64,000 bases of DNA from Flavobacteriaceae bacterium. GTDB taxonomy: Bacteria > Bacteroidota > Bacteroidia > Flavobacteriales > Weeksellaceae. Shown here piece after piece: positions 40,723 through 50,852 of the stretch. Position 1 is the first letter of the stretch, and the number at the start of each line of letters is the position of its first letter. The notes beneath the pieces were generated by a model that saw nothing but the letters and a program-made list of their open reading frames with translations, had not been told where the DNA came from and made no database searches. Position numbers and translations under genes: made by a program. Location of the stretch: NCBI GenBank assembly GCA_030529185.1, contig JAUMXI010000006.1:3159-67158 (forward strand), read 5' to 3'.

Positions 40723-42495
40723 ATGCAGAATAACGGAGGATTTGAGAAATCGCAATTCATTAATACAATTGTTTTTGCAGGGTTTATTTTGGCAGTCATT
40801 TTATTTTTCCAATACACCAAAAAAGACGAAAGAGAAAAGCTGGAACAAGCTAAAATAGAGGAAGTTGCAAGAGCTAAAAAAGTAGAGGAAAAACTTATTG
40901 CCATCAATACAGGCGAGAAAATTCAGCTCAAAAATGAGGAACTTACTTTGGAAGTTTCCAGTTTGGGAGGGCAACTTTCTTCTGTGAGAATTAACCAATA
41001 CAACGCCTACGATAAGGAGGATAAAAACAAACCTCTTTATTTGTTGAATAATGAAAATTCAGATTATGGATTTCAATTCAAAGACAAATCTGGAAAAATC
41101 ATCAATACCAAAGATTTAACTTTTACACCTACATTGAGTGAAAATAGCATTACAATGCAGACTCAAATCAATGAGGCTAACATTAAATTTATCTACACTT
41201 TACAGCCGAATTATAAAGTTGATTTTCAAGTACAAACACAAGGTTTATCAAAAATCACGAATGACAACAAGGCAGGATTTACTTGGGACTATCAAGTTCT
41301 GAGTTTAGAAAAAGGTAAAACACAAGAGCAAGGCTACACAGAATTTGTCTATTCTTTTGATAATTTTTCCGATTTTGATACCGATGCCAGAAGCGAACTT
41401 GATGAAACAAGCGAAACCCTTGATTGGATTGGGATAAAACAGCAATTTTTTGCGGCGGTTTTAGAAGCTAAAAACGGATTTACTCAATCAACAGGAAACC
41501 AAGAAATAGTAAATAAAGGAGATTATCTAAAAAGATTCAACTATAATGCGGAAGTACATCTATCTGCAAATAAGGAACTTAACGAGAATTTTGCTTGGTA
41601 TTTTATGCCTTTGCAATTAGATTTATTAAAATCTTATGACAAAAACTTTGATGAAATCTTGCCGTTGGGCTGGTCTTTCATCAGGACTATCAATGTTTGG
41701 TTCTTTATCCCAATTTATGAATTTATCGCAAGCTGGGGCTTGACGGCTGGTTGGGCGATTTTTGTATTGACTATCATTGTAAAAATCGTACTTTCACCAA
41801 TTATGTTTAAACAACACAAATTGAGTGCGATGATGAGAGTCATTAGACCAGAAGTAGATGCGGTAAATGAAAAATACAAAGATGCTGATCCACTAAAAAA
41901 ACAACAGGAAGTAATGAGCGTGTATAGAAATGCTGGGGTAAATCAATTGGCTGGGTGCATTCCCGCACTATTACAATTGCCAATTTTCTACGCTTTGTTC
42001 CGTTTCTTCCCGAACTATATTGATTTCAGAGGGCAAAGTTTTTGGTTTGCGGAAGATTTATCTTCTTATGATGATGTCATTCAAATTCCTTCTAATTTCT
42101 TAGGAATAGACCATTTAAGTATTTTTGCTTTGGCCTGTACGGTAGCGATTTTGCTTTATACCGTGATGACTTCCAGCAATATACAAACTCCTCAACAGGA
42201 AGGAATGCCTAATATGAAGCCGTTTATGTATATCTTCCCGATTACATTTATGTTTTTCCTAAACTCGGCAGCATCAGGATTGTCTTGGTATTATTTCGTA
42301 TCTAATGCTTTGAATATCATTATTATACTTGTTATAAAACATCTTATTATTGATGAAAATAAAATCAGAGCTCAAATTCAAGAAAATAAGGCAAAACCTG
42401 TGAAAGAAAGCCGTTTCCAAAGAAAAATGCGTGAGCTAATGGAACAGGCACAAGAAGCAAAAAGAGAACAAGAAAGACAAAACAAGAAGAAATAG
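40723..42495 (+). CDS. yidC: membrane protein insertase YidC (long Bacteroidota form)
   Basis: 590 aa with an N-terminal TM and large periplasmic domain, followed by the 60-kDa insertase core (…NAGVNQLAGCIPALLQLPIFYALF…). pyrG-yidC adjacency is typical for Bacteroidota. Confidence 0.9.
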   Translation: MQNNGGFEKSQFINTIVFAGFILAVILFFQYTKKDEREKLEQAKIEEVARAKKVEEKLIAINTGEKIQLKNEELTLEVSSLGGQLSSVRINQYNAYDKEDKNKPLYLLNNENSDYGFQFKDKSGKIINTKDLTFTPTLSENSITMQTQINEANIKFIYTLQPNYKVDFQVQTQGLSKITNDNKAGFTWDYQVLSLEKGKTQEQGYTEFVYSFDNFSDFDTDARSELDETSETLDWIGIKQQFFAAVLEAKNGFTQSTGNQEIVNKGDYLKRFNYNAEVHLSANKELNENFAWYFMPLQLDLLKSYDKNFDEILPLGWSFIRTINVWFFIPIYEFIASWGLTAGWAIFVLTIIVKIVLSPIMFKQHKLSAMMRVIRPEVDAVNEKYKDADPLKKQQEVMSVYRNAGVNQLAGCIPALLQLPIFYALFRFFPNYIDFRGQSFWFAEDLSSYDDVIQIPSNFLGIDHLSIFALACTVAILLYTVMTSSNIQTPQQEGMPNMKPFMYIFPITFMFFLNSAASGLSWYYFVSNALNIIIILVIKHLIIDENKIRAQIQENKAKPVKESRFQRKMRELMEQAQEAKREQERQNKKK

Positions 42496-42566
42496 TTTCA
42501 TTTTATTTTTCCTTTTAACCTTCAACGAGTTTTTATAATTTTGTTGAAGGTTTTTCTTTAAACATT

Positions 42567-43775
42567 ATGAAAAAAATCATCATCATCGGAGGCGGTGCAT
42601 CTGGATTTTTTGCCGCTGCAAATATAGATTCTGCACAATATGAAGTTATTATTTTGGAGCAAAACAGTGATGTTCTTCAAAAGGTAAAAATCTCTGGCGG
42701 TGGGCGTTGCAATGTATCTCACGCCTGTTTTGAGCCAAAAGAACTCGTCCAATTCTACCCTCGTGGAAGCAAAGAACTTTTAAGCGTTTTCTCCAAATTC
42801 CAACCAGCAGACACCATGAACTGGTTTGAAGAAAGAGGCGTGGATCTAAAAATAGAAGACGACCAACGCATTTTCCCACAAAGCAATTCTTCGCAGAGCA
42901 TCATCAACGCGTTGATAAAAGAATGCGAGAAGAAAAATGTGAAAATATTGACCAAACAGAGCGTTACCGAGATTATTCCACAGGAAGAGCGATATAAAAT
43001 CCATACCACTAACCAAAACTATATCGCAGATATTGTGATTTTCTCTACTGGAAGCTCACCAAAAGCCTTCAAAATGTTGGGAAATTTAGGACATAAAATC
43101 ATTCCGCCTGTTCCGTCGTTATTTACCTTTAACATTAAAAACGACTTACTTCAAGACTTAATGGGGACAAGTTTCCCAATGGCAGAAATTGAAATTCCTC
43201 AACTCAAATTATCTGAAGCGGGGGCATTGCTCATCACCCACTGGGGGCTGAGTGGTCCAGCCGTGCTGAAACTTTCGGCGTGGGGAGCAAGGGAACTCGC
43301 ACAGCTAAAATATCAATTTGATATTATCGTTAATTTTCTCGGTATCCACTCTGAAACGGCATTAGAAATTTTAAAAGAATTTAAAGAAAATGAACCAAAA
43401 AAATCCATTGGTCAAGCTAAAATTTTTGACATTACCCAAAGATTTTGGCAAAGAATTTTATTTCTCGCAAAAATAGATGCTACCAAACAAGTGGCTCATC
43501 TCACCCAAAAGGAAATGAAAAACATCACTGCTCTACTTTGCGAAAATCTGATGAAAGTTTCAGGTAAAAGCACCTTTAAAGAGGAGTTTGTGACGGCTGG
43601 AGGAGTGGATTTGCGAGAGGTTAATTTTAAAACAATGCAAAGTAAAATCTTACCTAATTTCTACATTTCTGGAGAGGTTCTGAATATTGATGCCATCACG
43701 GGAGGCTTCAACTTTCAAGCCTGTTGGAGTGAAGCTTGGCTCATCGCACAAGATTTAATGAATAAAAATCCGTAA
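42567..43775 (+). CDS. NAD(P)/FAD-dependent oxidoreductase, HI0933/BaiN (aminoacetone oxidase) family
   Basis: 402 aa with Rossmann motif IIIIGGGASGFFAA and HI0933-like core. Confidence 0.8.
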   Translation: MKKIIIIGGGASGFFAAANIDSAQYEVIILEQNSDVLQKVKISGGGRCNVSHACFEPKELVQFYPRGSKELLSVFSKFQPADTMNWFEERGVDLKIEDDQRIFPQSNSSQSIINALIKECEKKNVKILTKQSVTEIIPQEERYKIHTTNQNYIADIVIFSTGSSPKAFKMLGNLGHKIIPPVPSLFTFNIKNDLLQDLMGTSFPMAEIEIPQLKLSEAGALLITHWGLSGPAVLKLSAWGARELAQLKYQFDIIVNFLGIHSETALEILKEFKENEPKKSIGQAKIFDITQRFWQRILFLAKIDATKQVAHLTQKEMKNITALLCENLMKVSGKSTFKEEFVTAGGVDLREVNFKTMQSKILPNFYISGEVLNIDAITGGFNFQACWSEAWLIAQDLMNKNP

Positions 43776-43790
43776 AAAATAAACAAAATT

Positions 43791-45140
43791 TTACATAAAA
43801 TAATACGCTACAAGTAAAAACAGCAAAACCAACATAGATACAAAACGATAATCCCAATTCAGTTTTGGAATACTAACTTCCTCATTTTCTTTAAAATACA
43901 TTGCCATTATTAATTTGAGGTAATACACTACACTGATTACCGAAGCTAATACGGCTAAAAATACCAAAATCGGAGCTTCATCAATGACCTGTAAAAATAA
44001 ATTAAATTTCCCTAAAAACCCCGCCGTAAAAGGAATTCCCGCCATAGAAAACACAGAAACGGCAACAACAAAAGCCAATAAAGGCGATTTTTTTCCCAAA
44101 CCATTGAACGCATCAAAAGAAGTATTCTCCTCCGATTTTTCTACCCAAATCAAACCCATAAATACTCCCACATTTGCCAATGCATAAACCAAAAGATAAA
44201 ACGCCAAATTCTGCACCGAAAATTCATTTATTCCAAAGAAAATCAAACCCATATAACCAACATTCGCAATACTAGAATATGCCAACATTTTCTTGACATC
44301 AGTTTGCACAACTCCCATCAAACTTGCTAAAATTAGGGTAACGCTCAGCATTCCGAACATTATAGGTTGCCAAATTTCAGTACTTCCACCAAAAGCGAAA
44401 CTCATCAACTTGAAAAACCCGTAAAAGCCTACAATTTTCACCACAGAAACCATAAAAAGCGTAATCCAAGTCGGCGAACCATAATACACATCTGGCGACC
44501 AAATATGAAACGGCATCATCGCTACTTTAAAAGCCATTGCTCCGAAAACCAGCAATACTCCGAAAACAAACATTAAATTTTCTCCTTGTGCTTCACTCAA
44601 TATTTTAATTTGATGTAAATCTAAACTCCCCACACTCCCATAAACAAAGGCAAAACCGAACAATAAAAAACCTGTGGCAAACGCTCCCATCAAGAAATAT
44701 TTTACGGAAGCCTCCACTGAACGCAAATTGGTTTTCTCACTTCCTGCCAAAATATAGAGGGGAATAGAAAGGATTTCAACTCCTAAAAACAGAATGATAA
44801 GACTCTGAAAACCTATTAAAACTAATCCTCCACAAAGAGAAAATAACACCAAAGCATAAATTTCCGATTGATGATTGCGATGGCGATATAAGGCTTCATC
44901 TCCCAATAAAAATATCAGAAGGCTAATCAATAAAGAAATTCGCGTGAAAATAACCGTATTTTCATCATAACAAAACATATTTTGATAAGCCTCCCAGAAG
45001 GAATACTCTGGTAAGAAACTCACTCCAAAAGCCAATAAAAGCCCAACAATTCCACTATATTTTACGGCTTGCCTACATTGAAAAGCCCCTAAAAATAAGG
45101 TCATTACCCCTGTAAGAAAAACGATAATTAAAACGCTCAT
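43791..45140 (-). CDS. nuoN: NADH-quinone oxidoreductase subunit N
   Basis: 449 aa, polytopic antiporter-like subunit, in the last position of the operon. Confidence 0.85.
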   Translation of the reverse strand: MSVLIIVFLTGVMTLFLGAFQCRQAVKYSGIVGLLLAFGVSFLPEYSFWEAYQNMFCYDENTVIFTRISLLISLLIFLLGDEALYRHRNHQSEIYALVLFSLCGGLVLIGFQSLIILFLGVEILSIPLYILAGSEKTNLRSVEASVKYFLMGAFATGFLLFGFAFVYGSVGSLDLHQIKILSEAQGENLMFVFGVLLVFGAMAFKVAMMPFHIWSPDVYYGSPTWITLFMVSVVKIVGFYGFFKLMSFAFGGSTEIWQPIMFGMLSVTLILASLMGVVQTDVKKMLAYSSIANVGYMGLIFFGINEFSVQNLAFYLLVYALANVGVFMGLIWVEKSEENTSFDAFNGLGKKSPLLAFVVAVSVFSMAGIPFTAGFLGKFNLFLQVIDEAPILVFLAVLASVISVVYYLKLIMAMYFKENEEVSIPKLNWDYRFVSMLVLLFLLVAYYFM

Positions 45141-45150
45141 TTCTAATCCT

Positions 45151-46644
45151 TTATTTTACCAAAAACGAATAAATTAATACCAATGGCTCTCTCACCAAAT
45201 CTAAAATTAAATTCGGGAAAATCCCAAAAATCAACACCAAAATTGCCAAAATACCCAACACGAAAAATTCTACCCAAGAAAGGTCTTTAGCTTCTTTTAA
45301 AATTACTTCGTCTCCCTTTCCTAACATTGTTTTAGAATACAATCTCAACAAATATCCAGCCCCCAAAATGATACTCAATCCGGCAGAAATTCCTAAATAA
45401 ATATTGTATTCATACAAAGTTTTAAGCAAAGTAAATTCTCCTACAAAGCCGTTCGTTAAAGGAACTGCCATAGAACCGAGTAGAATAATCAGAAACAAAA
45501 CAGCAAATTTTGGTGCCACTTTTGCCACTCCTCCCATTTGCGTAATATCTTTGGTTTTCAATCTTTTATATAAAATATCAGCACAGTAGAAAAGTCCCAC
45601 TGCATTGATTCCGTGTGCCATTGTTTGCAACATCGCTCCTTCCACGCCTTCGGTGGTTAAATTTCCTTTTGCCGAGAGAATTGCCGAAGCAAAAATTCCC
45701 CCTGCCATCATTCCCAAATGCGAAACAGAAGAATAGGCAATAATCGTTTTAATATTATTGGTAATCAATGCGATAAAAGCACCATACAAAACTCCTACTA
45801 CCGCTAAAATAACAACCACTTCGCCTGACCACCCCTGCAAAGCCTCTGGAACTATTGGCAAAAGATACCTCAACACGCCATAAACTGCCATTTTCAGCAT
45901 AATTCCCGATAAGAGCATAGAGCCTTGCGTAGGGGCATAAGTATGCGTATCAGGGAGCCAAGTATGAAACGGGAATAATGGGAATTTCACGGCAAAAGCC
46001 AAGAAAATCAACCAAAATAATAAAGCCTGTTGCTCGGAGTTTATTTCTGTATTATAAAGGTTTAACAAAGCAAAACTTTCGGAAAATTGATAAAGATAAA
46101 CCAAACCGACAAGCATCAACAAAGAACCCAAAAAAGTGTAAATAAAAAACTTTTTGGTGACTTTTATCCTCATATCTTCTTGCCCCCAAAGCCCTGAGAT
46201 AAACCATATAGGAATTAAACAAAGTTCCCAAAACATATAAAAAACCAAGCCATCTAATGCCGTAAAAACACCGACCAAACCAAACTGCATCAATAAAATT
46301 AAAGAAAAAAAGGTATTCGGATAAGTTTTTTTCTCATTAAATGCCGAAAAAATAATTATCGGAATTAACAAATTGACCAAAAAGAGCATCAGCATACTTA
46401 TCCCATCTACTCCAAAATGCAGATTACTTTTAATTAAAGACAACCAATTGAAAATAATTTCGTGTTGCAAACCCTCTGAAATAGAAGACTTAACATTAAA
46501 ATCACTCAGCATAAGAACTGTTCCTAAAAACTCCCCCAAGGCTATCAACAAAGCAAAATATCTACTCGCATTTCCTTTCAAAAAGAAAAGCAAAACACTT
46601 CCTACTAATGGCAATAAAATTAAAAACAACAACAAAACCGACAT
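45151..46644 (-). CDS. nuoM: NADH-quinone oxidoreductase subunit M
   Basis: 497 aa, antiporter-like. Confidence 0.85.
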   Translation of the reverse strand: MSVLLLFLILLPLVGSVLLFFLKGNASRYFALLIALGEFLGTVLMLSDFNVKSSISEGLQHEIIFNWLSLIKSNLHFGVDGISMLMLFLVNLLIPIIIFSAFNEKKTYPNTFFSLILLMQFGLVGVFTALDGLVFYMFWELCLIPIWFISGLWGQEDMRIKVTKKFFIYTFLGSLLMLVGLVYLYQFSESFALLNLYNTEINSEQQALLFWLIFLAFAVKFPLFPFHTWLPDTHTYAPTQGSMLLSGIMLKMAVYGVLRYLLPIVPEALQGWSGEVVVILAVVGVLYGAFIALITNNIKTIIAYSSVSHLGMMAGGIFASAILSAKGNLTTEGVEGAMLQTMAHGINAVGLFYCADILYKRLKTKDITQMGGVAKVAPKFAVLFLIILLGSMAVPLTNGFVGEFTLLKTLYEYNIYLGISAGLSIILGAGYLLRLYSKTMLGKGDEVILKEAKDLSWVEFFVLGILAILVLIFGIFPNLILDLVREPLVLIYSFLVK

Positions 46645-48536
46645 TACATCAATATTTTAATGATTAAAATAATACCCATACCCAGCGAAATCAATAAAAG
46701 GTAATTTTCTACGCTTCCGCTTTGCATTCTTCTAAAAAATTGCCCTGATTTTTCTGCTCCCAAACCTGTAAAATTCACCAAAGCATCTAAAATTTTCTTA
46801 TCAAAAAAAGCAAGTATTTTCGCCAAAATCTCTACCCATTTTACAATAAAATTTTGATAGAAATAATCAATGTAAAGATTTTTCGCCGATAGTTTTTCCC
46901 AATTTTTATACTCATCCTCTGGTAAGGCTTTTTTCCCTTTTACTACATAAATTTGATACATCAAACCAATCGCCGACCCTACGATAATCAGGGTAATTGC
47001 CAATAAAATCATCTCTTCGGCAAAGGAAATTTTAGGGAATTTTATTGGATTCACCAAAACCGAGAACAACCATTGAGATAAAAATTGATAATCGCCGTGA
47101 GCAATGAAATGCGGAAGATTGACAAAGCCTCCTAATACTGAAAAAACTGCCAAAACCATTAATGGAAATAACAACATCCAAGGGCTTTCGTGGATTTTTT
47201 TCTCTTGTGCTTCCGAGCCTCTAAATTCTCCGAAAAAGGTTAAAAACAAAAGCCTAAACATATAAATGGTCGTTAATAAAGCCCCCAGCAAAGTCAAAGC
47301 CCAAATTATCGGATTTTTAGCATAAACCATTAACAAAATTTCATCTTTAGAAATCATTCCCGAAAGTGGCGGAATTCCACAAATTGCCAATGTTCCCAAC
47401 AAAAAAGTCCAATAAGTTGCAGGAATTTTCTTTTTTAATCCGCCCATCCATCGCATATCTTGTTCTCCCCCCATTGCGTGGATTACAGAACCAGAACCCA
47501 AAAACAACAACGCCTTGAAAAAAGCATGAGTAAGCAAATGGAACATCGCTGTAGTGTAAGCCCCCACTCCCAAAGCAATGAACATAAAGCCCAATTGCGA
47601 AACCGTAGAATACGCCAAAACTTTCTTAATATCATTCTGCCGAAGAGCAATAAAACCAGCAATTAGAGAAGTTGCCAGACCAATTATCAAAATAAAATTT
47701 AAGGTAAAAGGTGCTAAATCGTACAAAAAATTAGAGCGAACGATGAGATAAATCCCCGCCGTGACCATCGTGGCAGCGTGGATAAGTGCAGAAACAGGCG
47801 TTGGTCCCGCCATTGCATCAGGGAGCCAAGTAAAAAGCGGAATCTGAGCAGATTTCCCCATTGCTCCAACAAAAAAACTCAGTGTAATCCATAAAATAAT
47901 ACCTTTTTCTACGCTTTCAAAAATGATGTTTTCTTGTAATTCAATATAACTTAAAGTTTTAAAATGATAAGCCATCGCGAAAATCCCAAGCAACAGCCCC
48001 AAGTCCCCTATTCTATTCATTATAAAGGCTTTTCGTGCCGCTTTGCCATATTCTTCATTTTGAAACCAAAACCCAATGAGCAAAAACGAACAAAGCCCAA
48101 CACCTTCCCAACCGATGAATAAAATCAAATAATTGCTTCCCAAAACCAGCAAAAGCATTGAAAATACAAACAGATTGAGATAAGCAAAAAATTTATAAAA
48201 ACCTTTGTCTTCCCACATATAACCGATGGAATACAAATGAATGAGTGAGCCAATCCCCGTGATAATCATCACCATCATTATAGATAATTGGTCTAATTGA
48301 AAAGCAAAATCTACCTTTAAATTCTGAATGCGAAACCATTCAAAAAGTGTGAAAATTTTAGGTGGCGTATCGGCGGACATTCCCCAAAATAAATTTATCG
48401 CCAATAAAAAGGAAACAAAAACCAACAAAGTCGCCCAAACTCCTACCCAAATTTTAGGCAAGAATTTCCCTAACAATCCATTGGTGACAAACCCCAATAA
48501 TGGGAGAAAAATCAGCGTATATAATAGATATTCCAT
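46644..48536 (-). CDS. nuoL: NADH-quinone oxidoreductase subunit L
   Basis: 630 aa, antiporter-like with a long C-terminal helix region. Confidence 0.85.
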   Translation of the reverse strand: MEYLLYTLIFLPLLGFVTNGLLGKFLPKIWVGVWATLLVFVSFLLAINLFWGMSADTPPKIFTLFEWFRIQNLKVDFAFQLDQLSIMMVMIITGIGSLIHLYSIGYMWEDKGFYKFFAYLNLFVFSMLLLVLGSNYLILFIGWEGVGLCSFLLIGFWFQNEEYGKAARKAFIMNRIGDLGLLLGIFAMAYHFKTLSYIELQENIIFESVEKGIILWITLSFFVGAMGKSAQIPLFTWLPDAMAGPTPVSALIHAATMVTAGIYLIVRSNFLYDLAPFTLNFILIIGLATSLIAGFIALRQNDIKKVLAYSTVSQLGFMFIALGVGAYTTAMFHLLTHAFFKALLFLGSGSVIHAMGGEQDMRWMGGLKKKIPATYWTFLLGTLAICGIPPLSGMISKDEILLMVYAKNPIIWALTLLGALLTTIYMFRLLFLTFFGEFRGSEAQEKKIHESPWMLLFPLMVLAVFSVLGGFVNLPHFIAHGDYQFLSQWLFSVLVNPIKFPKISFAEEMILLAITLIIVGSAIGLMYQIYVVKGKKALPEDEYKNWEKLSAKNLYIDYFYQNFIVKWVEILAKILAFFDKKILDALVNFTGLGAEKSGQFFRRMQSGSVENYLLLISLGMGIILIIKILM

Positions 48537-48859
48537 TAGCCTTTTATTTTGTTAAAAATCTCCACATCCACCGAGCGTTTATTGCGATACATCATCATAA
48601 TAATCGCCAGCCCCACAGCCACTTCGGCGGCGGCAACCACCATTATGAAAAACACAAATATTTGCCCTTCGGCATCGCCTCTATATGCTGAAAATGCCGT
48701 AAATAAAAGATTTACTGCATTGAGCATCAACTCTATACACCCCAAAATCACAATGGCATTTCGGCGAAACAAAACGCCCAATACCCCCAAACAAAACAGA
48801 ATACTGCTCAAAATAATGAAATACTCCAAAGGGATATTTTGTATAAATGTATTTTCCAT
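48536..48859 (-). CDS. nuoK: NADH-quinone oxidoreductase subunit K
   Basis: 107 aa, 3 TM. Confidence 0.85.
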   Translation of the reverse strand: MENTFIQNIPLEYFIILSSILFCLGVLGVLFRRNAIVILGCIELMLNAVNLLFTAFSAYRGDAEGQIFVFFIMVVAAAEVAVGLAIIMMMYRNKRSVDVEIFNKIKG

Positions 48860-48870
48860 TTTTTTAGTTT

Positions 48871-49362
48871 TTACAAATCTTTTTTACCTATCAAAACTGA
48901 GCCGACAATCCCCGCCAAAATCAAAATAGAAGCCAATTCAAAAGGTAAAACATATTCGCTAAATAATACTTTTCCCAAATTTTTCGTTAATCCTACTTGG
49001 GCATCAACTCCCTCTATTTCCCCTTGATGAAAACCTTTATACGCTCCCAAAAGTCCTATTAATAAAAGTCCAGAAGCGAAAACGGAAAGAATTTTCATCT
49101 TATTAGATTTTTTACTTTCATCGTGTTTGTTGAGATTCAGCATCATTAAAATATAAAGGAAAAGCACCATAATCGCCCCTGCATAAACAATAATTTGCAC
49201 AATCCCCAAAAACTGAGCATTGAGCAAAATATAAAGTCCTGCAACGGCAAAAAAAGTAGCAATCAGCGACAAAATGCTATACAAAGGATGTTTTGCAAAG
49301 ACAAAATACCCTGCACTCGCCACTGCCATAAAACTCAAAAAGTAAAAAATATAAAGTTCCAT
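48871..49362 (-). CDS. nuoJ: NADH-quinone oxidoreductase subunit J
   Basis: 163 aa, 5 TM. Confidence 0.8.
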   Translation of the reverse strand: MELYIFYFLSFMAVASAGYFVFAKHPLYSILSLIATFFAVAGLYILLNAQFLGIVQIIVYAGAIMVLFLYILMMLNLNKHDESKKSNKMKILSVFASGLLLIGLLGAYKGFHQGEIEGVDAQVGLTKNLGKVLFSEYVLPFELASILILAGIVGSVLIGKKDL

Positions 49363-49899
49363 TTATTCGTTTTGATAAGATTTTTTTTGTCTTTCTGTAA
49401 TGTCGTAAGGGTTGTCCATTGTTTCCAGCAACAAATCTTTTCCGTAAATAAATCCCTCACGCTCAACGCCTGTTTCTACCAAATTATCGGTGAGATAAAT
49501 CGCAGACTTCGGACAAGCCTCTTCGCACATTCCGCAAAAAATGCACCTCAACATATTGATTTCATAAGTTTTAGCATATTTTTCTTCTCTATACAGATGT
49601 TTTTCTTCTGGGGTTCTTTCTGCCGCCGTCATCGTAATGGCTTCCGCAGGACAAGCCACAGCACAAAGCCCACAAGCCGTGCATCGCTCTCTGCCTTCCT
49701 CATCGCGTTTTAGGATATGTTTTCCACGCCAAATTTTAGAAAATTCGCGTTTTTCATCAGGGTAATGAAGCGTATCATTTTTCTTGAACATATGCCTAAA
49801 AGTAATCCCCATACCTTTGACAATAGCAGGGAGATACATCTTTTCTGATAAAGACATTTCCTTATTAGAGACTACTTTGGAACGATTGGTGAGTTTCAT
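49363..49899 (-). CDS. nuoI: NADH-quinone oxidoreductase subunit I (2x[4Fe-4S] ferredoxin)
   Basis: 178 aa with two CxxCxxCxxxCP motifs (CTACGLCAVACP and CIFCGMCEEACP). Confidence 0.9.
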   Translation of the reverse strand: MKLTNRSKVVSNKEMSLSEKMYLPAIVKGMGITFRHMFKKNDTLHYPDEKREFSKIWRGKHILKRDEEGRERCTACGLCAVACPAEAITMTAAERTPEEKHLYREEKYAKTYEINMLRCIFCGMCEEACPKSAIYLTDNLVETGVEREGFIYGKDLLLETMDNPYDITERQKKSYQNE

Positions 49900-50035
49900 T
49901 TTTTTTAGTTTTTTATTCTCGTTTTAACACTTAAAAAAATTGTTAATGTTCCGTTATCATTTAAAACACTTATTCTTTTCAAATATACACAATTTACAAG
50001 AATTTTCTCTAAAACAATATGAATATACTAACATT

Positions 50036-50836
50036 TCAAGTTTTAGAAATTTTAAGGATATTTATAGCACCTTTTATCACAATAAAAAATATAATTATTC
50101 CTATCATTAAATCAGGGTAAATAGACTCTGTAAGGAAAACCAAAAAACCTGCTAAAATAACCCCCATATTAATTACAATATCATTAGAAGTAAAGATTTT
50201 ACTCGCCTCCATATGTGCTTCTTTATTCTGACTTTTTTGTAATAAAGACAAACACATATAATTACCTATGAGAGCAAAGATAGATACACAAATCATCAAT
50301 ATAAAATTCGGATATTCTTCTACCCCAATAAAGCGTTTTATTACTTCTACTAAACCCAATATAGCAAGAAAAATTTGAAAATACCCCGATAATTTTGCTA
50401 TTTTTTTCTTGAATAATATGGATTTTCCAACGGCTGATAGTGCAAGAGCATAAACCAAACTGTCTGCCAACATATCAAGACTATCAGCCACCAATCCCAT
50501 AGAATAAGCAATTATTCCTAATAATATTTCTATAACAAAAAAGGAAAAATTAATGAAAAGAACTCTCCACAGTAATTTCTTATCCTGCTTTTCATTCCTC
50601 TCTTCCCTACTGAAATCATCTATCTCAATATTAGAAACAAAAGAAGTATTTAAATTCAACTCTTCTAATCTACTCAATATTATCTCTGGTTTTGTTTGAT
50701 GAATAACAGCTAACTCTCTATTAGAAATATCAAAGATTAGGGATTTTATTTCTGGAATAGTTTCTAACTTCATTCGGATGATTTGCTCCTCAGATAAACA
50801 ATCCATTTTTAAAATTTTAAAAATACTCTTATTCAT
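50036..50836 (-). CDS. membrane protein with a degenerate N-terminal HMA-like domain and a CDF (cation-efflux)-like TM domain, with no C-terminal cytoplasmic domain; inserted between nuoH and nuoI
   Basis: 266 aa. The N-terminal ~65 aa align to the HMA fold with a single Cys (ILKMDCLSEEQ… against GMTCxxC; …PEIKSLIFDISNRELAV against …PGVKSVSVNLATEKATV). The TM2 motif LVADSLDMLADS matches the CDF motif LLADAAHMLTD with His replaced by Asp. There are 5-6 TM helices. Confidence 0.5.
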   Translation of the reverse strand: MNKSIFKILKMDCLSEEQIIRMKLETIPEIKSLIFDISNRELAVIHQTKPEIILSRLEELNLNTSFVSNIEIDDFSREERNEKQDKKLLWRVLFINFSFFVIEILLGIIAYSMGLVADSLDMLADSLVYALALSAVGKSILFKKKIAKLSGYFQIFLAILGLVEVIKRFIGVEEYPNFILMICVSIFALIGNYMCLSLLQKSQNKEAHMEASKIFTSNDIVINMGVILAGFLVFLTESIYPDLMIGIIIFFIVIKGAINILKISKT

Positions 50837-50852
50837 ATTTCTTCATTTAAAA

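Noticed and set aside
49195-49713. 172-aa plus-strand ORF antisense to nuoI/nuoJ, and similar antisense ORFs at 48549..48929, 51192..51557, 51607..51978 and 53327..53743
   Set aside because: They are antisense to strongly supported nuo genes, have low-complexity composition (C/R/F-rich) and no motifs, and are typical spurious ORFs.
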